Below are positions 50,194 through 59,450 of a DNA stretch of 64,000 nucleotides, in pieces. The notes below the pieces were generated by a model, which saw only the letters and a list, made by a program, of their open reading frames with translations, had not been told where the DNA came from and did not search any database. Source of the DNA: Candidatus Hodarchaeota archaeon (GTDB lineage Archaea; Asgardarchaeota; Lokiarchaeia; Sigyniarchaeales; SOKP01); assembly GCA_048886685.1 (NCBI GenBank), contig JBHLKM010000012.1, positions 81,676-145,675 of the forward strand, given 5' to 3'. The position numbers and the translations under genes were made by a program. Position 1 is the first letter of the stretch, and the number at the start of each line of letters is the position of its first letter.

Positions 50194-51966
50194 CTATTTC
50201 TTGTACATCGGATCTGCTTCTTGTAATGCTCGTCTCTGTACTTTTCCTATGAAATTTTTAGGGAGATCACCCATTATTGAAATTGAATATGGACATTTAT
50301 ATGGAGCCATATTGTTTTTTGCCCATTCTTTTATAGATTGAGGTGATAAATCGCAATCTTCACGAATAGAAACCCATGCTTTAACAATTTCACCAAATTC
50401 CTCGTTAGGTAAACCTGCAACAGCAGCTTCAGTAATATCAGGATGTTTCATGAGAAGTTCCTCAACTTCTTTAGGGAAAACGGAATATCCTTTGCATTTT
50501 ATGACCTGCTTTTTCCGATCCCTGATTTCTATTGTACCATCTTCATTTATAAACCCAATATCTCCTGTTAAAAGCCAAATCTTATCATTATATTTTTTAA
50601 GTGTTTCTTTTGTTTCATCTGGTATATCTAGATATCCAGACATTACTTGTGGACCAGTAATACATATCTCACCACTATTTTCTATCCCAAAATTCGTATC
50701 TTCTGGATTCCCGAGACATATAGGTCCCTCAGAAAAATCATCAACAGGCCATATTCCCCATTCTGTACCTGGAAAAGGCATCCCTATGCTTCCAATAGGA
50801 CTTTCGCCAAACAAATTGCCTGCACTTACGGCTGGACTCGCTTCTGATAGTCCATATCCTTCAACTATTCTCCCACCTGTATTCTCAACAAATTTATCAC
50901 GAACTGGTCTGTGTAGTGGACCTGCACTAGAGATACATAAAATCAGTTTTCCCATGACTTTAGGATATCTTCTTCTAAGATTTTTGAGCTCTGATAATCT
51001 TTTAAACAACATTTCTGTCCCGGCATATATCAATCCTTCTTCACATGGTAACCGCTCAATAACCTCACATAATTCGCTTTGAGCAGGAGGTGTTGGAAAG
51101 AGCATTATCCATCCCCCTATTGCTAAGGTAGTATTCATAACTACAGTATGGGCAAAACTATGAAATAAAGGAAGTATTCCTATGTTCCCGATTCCTGGTT
51201 TTTCCCCTCCTAACCAGAGTTTACATTGTTTTGCATTAGAGACTACATTAAAATGAGTCAAAACTGCTGCTTTGGGTAAACCGGTAGTACCTCCTGTCAT
51301 AATATATGTAGCAGGATGAGTTCTAACATCAATTTTTATATCATCGAATTTTGGTTCTGTCTTTAAAAGATCATTAAACTTTATAGCATTTGGAAAATCT
51401 ACCTTACCAGAGGGAATCCTTTTTACAAATTTTCCTATTGCTTTTTTTACCCCTTTAATGTTCGTAACATCAGCAAGATTAGTATATACAATGGTCTCTA
51501 TTTTGGTATCAGCTATTATTGGTTTTATAAATTGCCCATAAAGTGAATCTAATACAATTAGCATTTTAGGCTTTGTAATATCAAGTTGATGCAAAATTTC
51601 AATTGGTTGATAAGTAGGGTTAATCCCACTTGCGATTGCTCCTATTCTCGTAATAGCATAATATGCAATTATATATTGGACACAATTAGGTAGATGCAGT
51701 GCCACTATATCACCTTTTTTTATACCTAATTTATCTAATGATCTAGCCAAAGATTTAACATAATCTTGAAATTTTTTGTAGGTGATCCACGTATCTAAGA
51801 ACCAAATAAAATTACTATCAGCATATTTCTTTACTTGTTCATCTAAAAGTTCATTTATTGTCTTTTCTTCAAAAATAGCATTATAAGGAACGCCATCAGG
51901 CCACCATTTCTTAAACCAACGTTTATCTTCATTCACATAGAATGGATCTGAAATATCTAACTCCAT
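50194..51966 (-). CDS. long-chain fatty-acid-CoA ligase (FadD-like)
   Basis: TGGTTGLPKAA, EGYGLSEASP, TGDIG, DRKK, GKVQRR. Confidence 0.92.
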   Translation of the reverse strand: MELDISDPFYVNEDKRWFKKWWPDGVPYNAIFEEKTINELLDEQVKKYADSNFIWFLDTWITYKKFQDYVKSLARSLDKLGIKKGDIVALHLPNCVQYIIAYYAITRIGAIASGINPTYQPIEILHQLDITKPKMLIVLDSLYGQFIKPIIADTKIETIVYTNLADVTNIKGVKKAIGKFVKRIPSGKVDFPNAIKFNDLLKTEPKFDDIKIDVRTHPATYIMTGGTTGLPKAAVLTHFNVVSNAKQCKLWLGGEKPGIGNIGILPLFHSFAHTVVMNTTLAIGGWIMLFPTPPAQSELCEVIERLPCEEGLIYAGTEMLFKRLSELKNLRRRYPKVMGKLILCISSAGPLHRPVRDKFVENTGGRIVEGYGLSEASPAVSAGNLFGESPIGSIGMPFPGTEWGIWPVDDFSEGPICLGNPEDTNFGIENSGEICITGPQVMSGYLDIPDETKETLKKYNDKIWLLTGDIGFINEDGTIEIRDRKKQVIKCKGYSVFPKEVEELLMKHPDITEAAVAGLPNEEFGEIVKAWVSIREDCDLSPQSIKEWAKNNMAPYKCPYSISIMGDLPKNFIGKVQRRALQEADPMYKK

Positions 51967-52098
51967 AAATTATTCACATATATCAATATATAATTTGTGT
52001 CTCTATGTGACTTAGGTTTCTCATAATTTAAAATTTTTTAAGTGTAAAAAACAAAAATTAAAAAAAAAAGAATTTGATAAAAAAACTTTTATTAGATT

Positions 52099-54159
52099 TT
52101 AAAACCTACTATCCTTTCTTCTCTTTACTAGAACTGTGGCTACGCCCACTAATCCAACACCAGCTATAAGTACAATCAGTGCCCAGAAGGTTTTGGACTC
52201 GAAAACCATATACACTGAGAAAGTTGGATCGTGCCAGATTCCAGTACCATCCTCAAACTTAGGATAGCACACAGCATAAGCTAATACAGTAAAATTAGCA
52301 CTAACTCTGATATCAGAAGAAAAGGATTCGACATTAGATTCGCTTGGTGGTGTGAAGGTGTCATGTCTTTCCATTTCACCTGTCCATAGGGCAAGAGGGA
52401 TAATAGCGGTACTCGCATTAGCTCTCTGTGTAATTGTTTCATTACCATAATCATAATATGGTCCGGCAATGTCAACAAAATCCAGTGGTTCTGTACCTCC
52501 AAGATAATTTCCAATTCTCAGTTCATGTGATTCTTCTACATAATCATCATCATTTGCATTGCCATCATAGTAATTGTCTAGTTGTGCCACAGGATCAGTT
52601 TGTTCACTATAAGTTGCTACATTTAAATGAAAATGTAAAACAGTTGATACATAAATAATTGCCATATCTAAATCATCGATTACAGCGTTTGGATAAGGAT
52701 TATTTGGATCATTCCAAGGAGCGAAAAATTGATCTAGTTTAATTTTTCCTAATAAATCAGCTCCTTTGACACTCTTTATTGGATCAAATGTAAACCCAAA
52801 ATGCATATAGTCGAGATTTTCCTGTGGTGCTGCGAGATATGAGTCTAAATCAATTCCAACTGGAACTGCAGAGATATTAACATTCTCGAGATCCAATCCC
52901 CATGAAATAGTGCCTTCTGGATTTTTTTGTGGAAGCATGAAATTAAAGTTTTCTACAGAATTTAGAATTAATCGATGAGTGATTTCAGAACTCTGAGGAT
53001 AAGAAATGTCTGTAGGTGTACCATCAATATCTACAGTAGTGTCAACATAATTCACAGAAATTTTATCATCCATATTCAAATCATTATAGAGGAACGCCCC
53101 AGCTAGATGATGAGTAAATAGATAAAACTCAATGTCGCACCCTCCAAAAGCTTTCGCGAAATCACCTCCTTCTCCACTTCCAAGATTAATGACTTCACTT
53201 AAATCAATATGAATTTGAAAGTTTTTAATCCATAATTCAATTAAGTCGAAGGTAAATTGCGTCCAGATAGCGGTAACTAAAGGTATATCTTCAGTTGGCC
53301 TTAATAGCCACTGCATATAACTATCTTTTCTAGCTATTGCTGTAGCATTCCAATTACCCATCTCTGTATCATATGTGCCAGCAAGAGGAGCATCACCCGA
53401 AGGTGCGATTATATCTTGTGTATTAGAATATTTCCATGTTTTTGTGATTGTGAAATCAGGATTTGGTGTAATTTCTAATTTTTGCCATGTAATAGGGTTT
53501 AAAATAAATAGTTCATCACCAGTGAAAATATCATTTATATGGATTAAAAACCAAGTAACTAATTCTATTCCCTCCCTAACCAGGCTTTCAGACATTTCTC
53601 CTCCACTCTCTTCTAGAGTTTTGAAGAAGTTAATTAGTTTCTTAGCTGCATTTATGAATGAATGATCATTGTCCCAAATGATAAGTGTTACACCAACTCC
53701 AATAGTTAATGCGTAATTATATGAACCTGTTTTTAGAACTTCACAATATACTGGTCCTGTTCCAGGAATGCCAGTACGATCATAATCTTCTGGTAATATA
53801 TGATATTCACTGACTCCAGAAACTCCATAATTATTGCTTCCCGTAAGCGTAGTTTCGTTGAATGCGCTTAAAACATAGACTCCTGACAACATCTCTCGAG
53901 CCTCGAAATCATCATATGCTTGAACAAATAGCATATTAAAAACTTTTCCTAAAAGGGCTCCAGCGTAACCTAATCCCCCTAACATAGTTCCAAAGCCTCC
54001 TTGAAAGTTATTAATTAGATCGCGACCAACTCCTTCTTGATTAAAGTCAATTTTATTATCCTCTTCTGCATTTACCATAATTGGCATTGCTGCTATCGAT
54101 GCGATGAACATAGTAAGAATCATTAAAGATTTGGTATTTATACCTCTCATATTCAACAC
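52099..54159 (-). CDS. secreted, C-terminally membrane-anchored acidic surface protein
   Basis: Signal peptide ending ...PIMVNA, acidic ectodomain with NxT/S sequons, WHDPTF motif, TM helix, KRRK tail. Confidence 0.75.
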   Translation of the reverse strand: MLNMRGINTKSLMILTMFIASIAAMPIMVNAEEDNKIDFNQEGVGRDLINNFQGGFGTMLGGLGYAGALLGKVFNMLFVQAYDDFEAREMLSGVYVLSAFNETTLTGSNNYGVSGVSEYHILPEDYDRTGIPGTGPVYCEVLKTGSYNYALTIGVGVTLIIWDNDHSFINAAKKLINFFKTLEESGGEMSESLVREGIELVTWFLIHINDIFTGDELFILNPITWQKLEITPNPDFTITKTWKYSNTQDIIAPSGDAPLAGTYDTEMGNWNATAIARKDSYMQWLLRPTEDIPLVTAIWTQFTFDLIELWIKNFQIHIDLSEVINLGSGEGGDFAKAFGGCDIEFYLFTHHLAGAFLYNDLNMDDKISVNYVDTTVDIDGTPTDISYPQSSEITHRLILNSVENFNFMLPQKNPEGTISWGLDLENVNISAVPVGIDLDSYLAAPQENLDYMHFGFTFDPIKSVKGADLLGKIKLDQFFAPWNDPNNPYPNAVIDDLDMAIIYVSTVLHFHLNVATYSEQTDPVAQLDNYYDGNANDDDYVEESHELRIGNYLGGTEPLDFVDIAGPYYDYGNETITQRANASTAIIPLALWTGEMERHDTFTPPSESNVESFSSDIRVSANFTVLAYAVCYPKFEDGTGIWHDPTFSVYMVFESKTFWALIVLIAGVGLVGVATVLVKRRKDSRF

Positions 54160-54295
54160 AAATTTTTTTTAAAAAGTGGTTTGTTTTATTAAGATTATAA
54201 ATAAATTTCAGCTTTTTAATAATTTATGTTCTAATATAATAGAATCTTTAAGATTTGGAACTCTATTTCGTATATAATAAAAATAATCTGCCATA

Positions 54296-55300
54296 TCAGT
54301 CTAAGCGCAAGAAAGTATAAAAAAATACAAAAATATACAATACTGCTGAAATTATTAGACTAAAGACTCTTAATAGTTGAGATATTTCAGATGTAGTAAA
54401 AAGGACGTTAGAACCTATAAATACCGCAGCAATAAAATATCCAAAGAAATGACTTTTAAAACTTTTAATTTTAGTTTTTCCTTGGAGAAAATTAACAATT
54501 GAAATAAAAATTATAATTATAAAACCTGCTATGTAGAATAAATTGATTACTTCAAATTTTCCTAAATCTAAAAATAAAAAAAATCCAAATAAAACTACTT
54601 CGAGTATCCTAACGTTCCAGAAACTTTGCTTTTTTGATGGCTCTACAAACAATTGTTCATATTCAGATACTCCTGAGTTCATAAAAAGAATAATAAGAGA
54701 TCCGATCGCCAATGCTGTGAATAATGAATATGAGACAATATAAAGAGAAGGAAGTATAGGAATCCAAATTATGTTCCATAAGAAATCTGCTAAGACTATA
54801 TATTCAGGTAATACAATAATAGAGCAGAAAAGTGGAATAATAGCAGCAATAACCATCATTATCCATGTAGTAGTCGATATCTTTGTATCTTCTTCCCATC
54901 TCTTTTTCCTAAAAGTGGTCAATCTCCATGCAAAAGATGCAAAACTTAGTATAGATATTAAAGGTGTAATTAAGGGGAAAATAAATATAAAAAGAATGTA
55001 TAGAGCATTAATTCCATAGAAAAATTTTAATCTTGAAGGAACTACACTTATAGTTCTATCGATATCATCTAGAGTGTCAGCAAAACGCGCTGCAAATAAA
55101 ATTAAAAAAAATAACCATGATACACTAAACACTGTAGGGCAGAGTAATTTTATTAGTATTAATTTAAGTCCAGCATCATTTGAAAACCATAAATTAAAAT
55201 CAGTAATATTAAAAATTAAAAAAATTGCAAGTGGTACAAGGATTATCGATATTAAGACTATCAATCGGCTTAATATCAGACCTTTAATCTCTTTTGGCAT
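54296..55300 (-). CDS. hypothetical multi-pass membrane protein
   Basis: About 9-10 hydrophobic segments. Confidence 0.75.
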   Translation of the reverse strand: MPKEIKGLILSRLIVLISIILVPLAIFLIFNITDFNLWFSNDAGLKLILIKLLCPTVFSVSWLFFLILFAARFADTLDDIDRTISVVPSRLKFFYGINALYILFIFIFPLITPLISILSFASFAWRLTTFRKKRWEEDTKISTTTWIMMVIAAIIPLFCSIIVLPEYIVLADFLWNIIWIPILPSLYIVSYSLFTALAIGSLIILFMNSGVSEYEQLFVEPSKKQSFWNVRILEVVLFGFFLFLDLGKFEVINLFYIAGFIIIIFISIVNFLQGKTKIKSFKSHFFGYFIAAVFIGSNVLFTTSEISQLLRVFSLIISAVLYIFVFFYTFLRLD

Positions 55301-55446
55301 TATTTCTCTTAGAACATCGAATTTTTTAATTAAAATTTCAAAGTTTAATAGTTATTCTTATTTTTTTAGAAATAAAATATTATCTTTGATTATTAACTTT
55401 TTAAAGGATTTCATTAATAAATAAAACAATTTAATTAAAACATTAA

Positions 55447-56175
55447 TTATGACCTTTTTGCACCACAATTAGTGCAAAACAAATCATCTGACGTTATTGT
55501 AGCACCACAATTAGTACATGTTGTTTTTTCCATCATAACCGAACGTTCAATTGCGACATTTACATCTGACAATTCTTTAATTTCTTCTTTTCTTTTTGAT
55601 TTAGCTTTCATTCCTGCCGGTTTATATTTTAAACTCCCAATAAAACCCCCAAAAATTGCTCCTATTAAGCATCCTTCTAAGATAGCTGTAGACACTGCAA
55701 CAAGATAAGGTAAATTTGTTAAACCTTCTAATAATCCATCTAATGCTGCAGATCCAAATGGAATAATCAACGATATGATCAAATAACCGATTGATAAAAT
55801 AATAAGATATCCGATCCCTATGGCAAAACTAGAATGCATCCCTCCTCTGGGTGTATGAGCAAAGATGGCGCTAGTAATAACGCAGCATAAAATCCATGGA
55901 AATGTAACAGCAATAATTAACCCTACATCCTCTGGACGATAAAATATGCACCAATGAATAGGAAATAAGAAAATGAGACCTAGTCCAATAAATGCTCCAG
56001 CTAAAATCTCCACAAAAAGACCAAAATCACCAAGCGCACCTGTTATGAGTGCTAAGGCTTCGTCAATATTCTCAATCAAACCACCCGTCAATCCTTCAGT
56101 CAGATTCAAGAATCTAAAAGAAATCCACGCCATTGGGATTAGACATAACATACCCGCACAACCACTGCCTATCAC
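55447..56175 (-). CDS. membrane protein with C-terminal double zinc ribbon (possible start CTG 56190)
   Basis: Gly-rich TM helices and CTNCG...FCTNCG. Confidence 0.75.
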   Translation of the reverse strand: MIGSGCAGMLCLIPMAWISFRFLNLTEGLTGGLIENIDEALALITGALGDFGLFVEILAGAFIGLGLIFLFPIHWCIFYRPEDVGLIIAVTFPWILCCVITSAIFAHTPRGGMHSSFAIGIGYLIILSIGYLIISLIIPFGSAALDGLLEGLTNLPYLVAVSTAILEGCLIGAIFGGFIGSLKYKPAGMKAKSKRKEEIKELSDVNVAIERSVMMEKTTCTNCGATITSDDLFCTNCGAKRS

Positions 56176-56471
56176 TCTTTTCCATCCCAGACTGATCCCC
56201 TCATGTTTCCATATTTACATACAATTATTTTATTTCTTATAAGAATTCCAAAAAGTTAATGAATATATATATTTTTGTGTTTAATTTGAATTTTAAAAAT
56301 CAAAATAATTAAGACCTTTGAAACAAAAGGAGATGCAGTGGATCATATGAAATGTTAATTTTATTATGAGTAACGTATGTTTCAAGATAACATATTCAAA
56401 TATAATTAAATATGTTAATGTAAACTGTCATTAAAAAAATTATAAAAAATAGTTAAAAAATTGAACTTGAT

Positions 56472-57182
56472 TTATTGAATTTTAATGATTCTCCCGTTAT
56501 CCATCCGAATAGTTTTGGTTCCGTACTGAGATAAATCTCTATGTGTAACAAAAATAATGGTTGTTTCCATTTCCTTATTGATTTTCTTTAAAAGCTCCAT
56601 TACTTGTTTTTCTGATTCAGGGTCTAAATTTCCGGTGGCTTCATCTGCTAAGATGACCCTTGGTCTATGGATAATTGCTCGGGCAATACCACATCTTTGT
56701 TTTTCACCACCTGACATTTGGACAGGATAGTGATCTTTACGGTCAAGTAAATCAACGTCTCTTAGGGCAGAAATTGCTCTATTTTCAATTTCTTTTTGGC
56801 GTAATACTGTTGGCCATAAAACTGCTTCTACATTTTCAATGGCGGTTAAGGTGTTCACTAGATTAAAATCTTGAAACACAAAGCCTATTTTTTGACGTCT
56901 TAATCTGCTTAATCTATCTTCTGTTGCTCTTGCGATATTTTCCCCGTCGAATATTATTCTTCCAGAATCAGGCAAATCTAAACCTGATAGAACATTGAGA
57001 AGTGTGGATTTTCCACACCCTGTTGGACCTTGAATAACCGCGAATTCACCAGCTCTAATCTTTAAATTAACATCTGCTAAAGCTCGAATAATAGCACCTG
57101 CTCTTCTATATTCTTTATTAATATCGACCGCTTCAATCATAATATCTTTATCTGCCGACATATCTTTTTTCTCCTCACTCAC
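56472..57182 (-). CDS. ABC transporter ATP-binding protein (LolD/MacB/FtsE type)
   Basis: GPTGCGKST, IGFVFQDFNL, MSGGEKQR, LADEATGNLD, VTH. Confidence 0.95.
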   Translation of the reverse strand: MSEEKKDMSADKDIMIEAVDINKEYRRAGAIIRALADVNLKIRAGEFAVIQGPTGCGKSTLLNVLSGLDLPDSGRIIFDGENIARATEDRLSRLRRQKIGFVFQDFNLVNTLTAIENVEAVLWPTVLRQKEIENRAISALRDVDLLDRKDHYPVQMSGGEKQRCGIARAIIHRPRVILADEATGNLDPESEKQVMELLKKINKEMETTIIFVTHRDLSQYGTKTIRMDNGRIIKIQ

Positions 57183-57720
57183 CTACTTTTTTTAATGCAA
57201 TAATTGGTCTTACTTTCAATACTTTTCTATAGGCTAAAAAGAAAGCAATTAATTGAACTATAATAAATAAAGCACTAGTTATTATAACCGGAACTAATCC
57301 AATTAAGATTCTACTGATATCTTCAAAAAAACCCTCTGAATGTAAATATGCTAAGGCAGCAGTATAATGAAATAAAACTTCAATAACAATAAAGAAACCG
57401 ACAATCGTCGTAAAAAAGATCATCCCTGAAACTAAGACTAATATATTCTTGTTAGTATACCCAATACATTTGAATGTTGCCCATACACGTCTTTTTCTTG
57501 ACACTAAGATCCAAGCATAAAGCAATGAAAGAAATAAGCTCGTTGCAAAAAAGATAGCTAGAAGATAGTTAGCTGCACCACCGATTTCTTCTTTGATTGC
57601 TAAATCCCAGAAAAGGCTAGTTAAAAATATTAAAATCGTATATATTAACGTGAAAACTGTAAATATCTTTTTTTCGCGTAGAGATAATAAAATAGCTTTT
57701 CTCCACATTCTAAAAGCCAA
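57175..57720 (-). CDS. minimal FtsX-like ABC permease
   Basis: RKRRVWATFKCIGYT (R.REia.lka.G motif), four TM helices, C-terminal KV.PIIALK. Overlaps the ATPase start. Confidence 0.75.
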   Translation of the reverse strand: MAFRMWRKAILLSLREKKIFTVFTLIYTILIFLTSLFWDLAIKEEIGGAANYLLAIFFATSLFLSLLYAWILVSRKRRVWATFKCIGYTNKNILVLVSGMIFFTTIVGFFIVIEVLFHYTAALAYLHSEGFFEDISRILIGLVPVIITSALFIIVQLIAFFLAYRKVLKVRPIIALKKVGE

Positions 57721-57825
57721 TTGATTTCACCATTTTTTTTTTATTTGTTTTTAAAGTATATTTAAATTTATAATTGATTTTATTTATTTTATTTATAACA
57801 ATTTAATAATAAATATTTGGTTATA

Positions 57826-58227
57826 ATGTCAGAAATTGAAGGTATTATAGATAGTTTATTAGACGAAGAACAAAATGTTTTTGGAGTGGCAATTATCGGT
57901 AAAGATGGAAAATTAATCACCCAAACTGAAAACTGGGATCTTATAAGTGATATAAGTTTAATAAATGAGATACTTAACCAGAAATTAGAGCTAGGTGAGA
58001 AGGGAATTACTAGTTTGACGATACAAGGGATAAAATATATGATTGTTGAAAATACAGAAGAAAGAAAAATTGGTACAAATATAACGGGAAAAGGGCATAT
58101 TATTATCTGCCCAATCCCTATAGGGGGTACAGGAGCGTTAGTTACTTATATTAATCCTCAAGCCGGTCCAAGAGATGCCCTCTTTAATGTTCAAGAATAC
58201 GCGAAAAAACTTGAAAATTTGGTTTAA
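57826..58227 (+). CDS. Asgard (Loki-type) profilin
   Basis: NVFGVAIIGKDGKLITQTENWD, TSLTIQGIKYMIVENTEERKIGTNITGKGHIII. Confidence 0.88.
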   Translation: MSEIEGIIDSLLDEEQNVFGVAIIGKDGKLITQTENWDLISDISLINEILNQKLELGEKGITSLTIQGIKYMIVENTEERKIGTNITGKGHIIICPIPIGGTGALVTYINPQAGPRDALFNVQEYAKKLENLV

Positions 58228-58244
58228 CTCAATTTACTTTTTTA

Positions 58245-59342
58245 TTATTGAAGTGAAATCCAATAATTTGCAAGCAATTTTCTCAAAGAACTTTTAATCT
58301 TGCTTATATCTTCATTTTTAACTTCAGTTGAAAGTTGGATCTTTTCAAAGATAGGAGTTTTATATTGTTCTCCTAAAAGTGCCTTTATAACAGCATAAAC
58401 ACACTGTGGAAGGCCAATAAGACTATAACCACCTTCAAGGATGAAAGCCAATTTACCTTCACATATCCTTTCAGACAATTTCAATAATTTTTCAGTAAAA
58501 TTATAGTATGAAATTGAGGTTAACAGCCCATTTCCAATAGGATCAGCAAAATACATATCAAAACCAGCAGCAACTATAATTAAATCAGGATTGAATTCAT
58601 TTAATATAGGTTCTAATAAATCCATAAATTCTAGGAACTCTTTATCGGAAATATTCATTGGTATTGGAAAGTTAATGCTCTTACCGATACCCTCCCCCTC
58701 TCCCAATTCATCTATAAATCCAATATCTCCTTCTACAAAATCAAATTCATGAACAGAAAAATATAGTACATTTGGATCTTCATAAAAATATTGAACTAAA
58801 CCATCTCCAAAATGAGCATCAATATCAATAATTGCAATCTTTTTCTTGTAGTGTAGTTGTTTTTTTAAGTATAATATAGAATTTGCGATATTATTAAATA
58901 TGCAGAGTCCTGATGCTTTTTCTTGTAATGCATGATGACCAGGAGGTCTCACAAGCGCAAAAGATTGATTAACATCAGAATTCAATACACTTTTTATTGC
59001 TTGTATTGTTCCTCCAACTGCCTTTCTTGCTAACTCAAAAGTATCCTCTGTAATGAATGTCTCATCGCCTAATAATCCATAACCCCTTTTTGAAAAATTT
59101 CTAACAGAATCTATATGGTACTTTGTATGTGCTAAACCTAATACTGACTCAATTATGGGAATGAATCCAATTCTAATAATTCTCTCATTTAAAAAGACCT
59201 CCTTCATTTCCAGAAAATCTAAAACTGATCTAATTCGCAAAGGTGATTCATATGAAAGAAATATGGGATGTGGATATGGTGGTACATTTTTTATGGCAAA
59301 ATCGTCATCAGTTATTATTCCAATTTTACTAGTTCTTGTCAT
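58245..59342 (-). CDS. histone deacetylase family protein
   Basis: RPPGHHA, GLCIFNN, DIDAHFGDG, AGFD, LEGGY. Confidence 0.93.
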   Translation of the reverse strand: MTRTSKIGIITDDDFAIKNVPPYPHPIFLSYESPLRIRSVLDFLEMKEVFLNERIIRIGFIPIIESVLGLAHTKYHIDSVRNFSKRGYGLLGDETFITEDTFELARKAVGGTIQAIKSVLNSDVNQSFALVRPPGHHALQEKASGLCIFNNIANSILYLKKQLHYKKKIAIIDIDAHFGDGLVQYFYEDPNVLYFSVHEFDFVEGDIGFIDELGEGEGIGKSINFPIPMNISDKEFLEFMDLLEPILNEFNPDLIIVAAGFDMYFADPIGNGLLTSISYYNFTEKLLKLSERICEGKLAFILEGGYSLIGLPQCVYAVIKALLGEQYKTPIFEKIQLSTEVKNEDISKIKSSLRKLLANYWISLQ

Positions 59343-59450
59343 TTTAAAAATTAAAAATATTCTTTAATAGCTAAATTATTATAATTAAATTTACATACAT
59401 TTATTTTAAATAAATTTCAATTTTCAAAATAAAATAGAATTGTTCAAATT

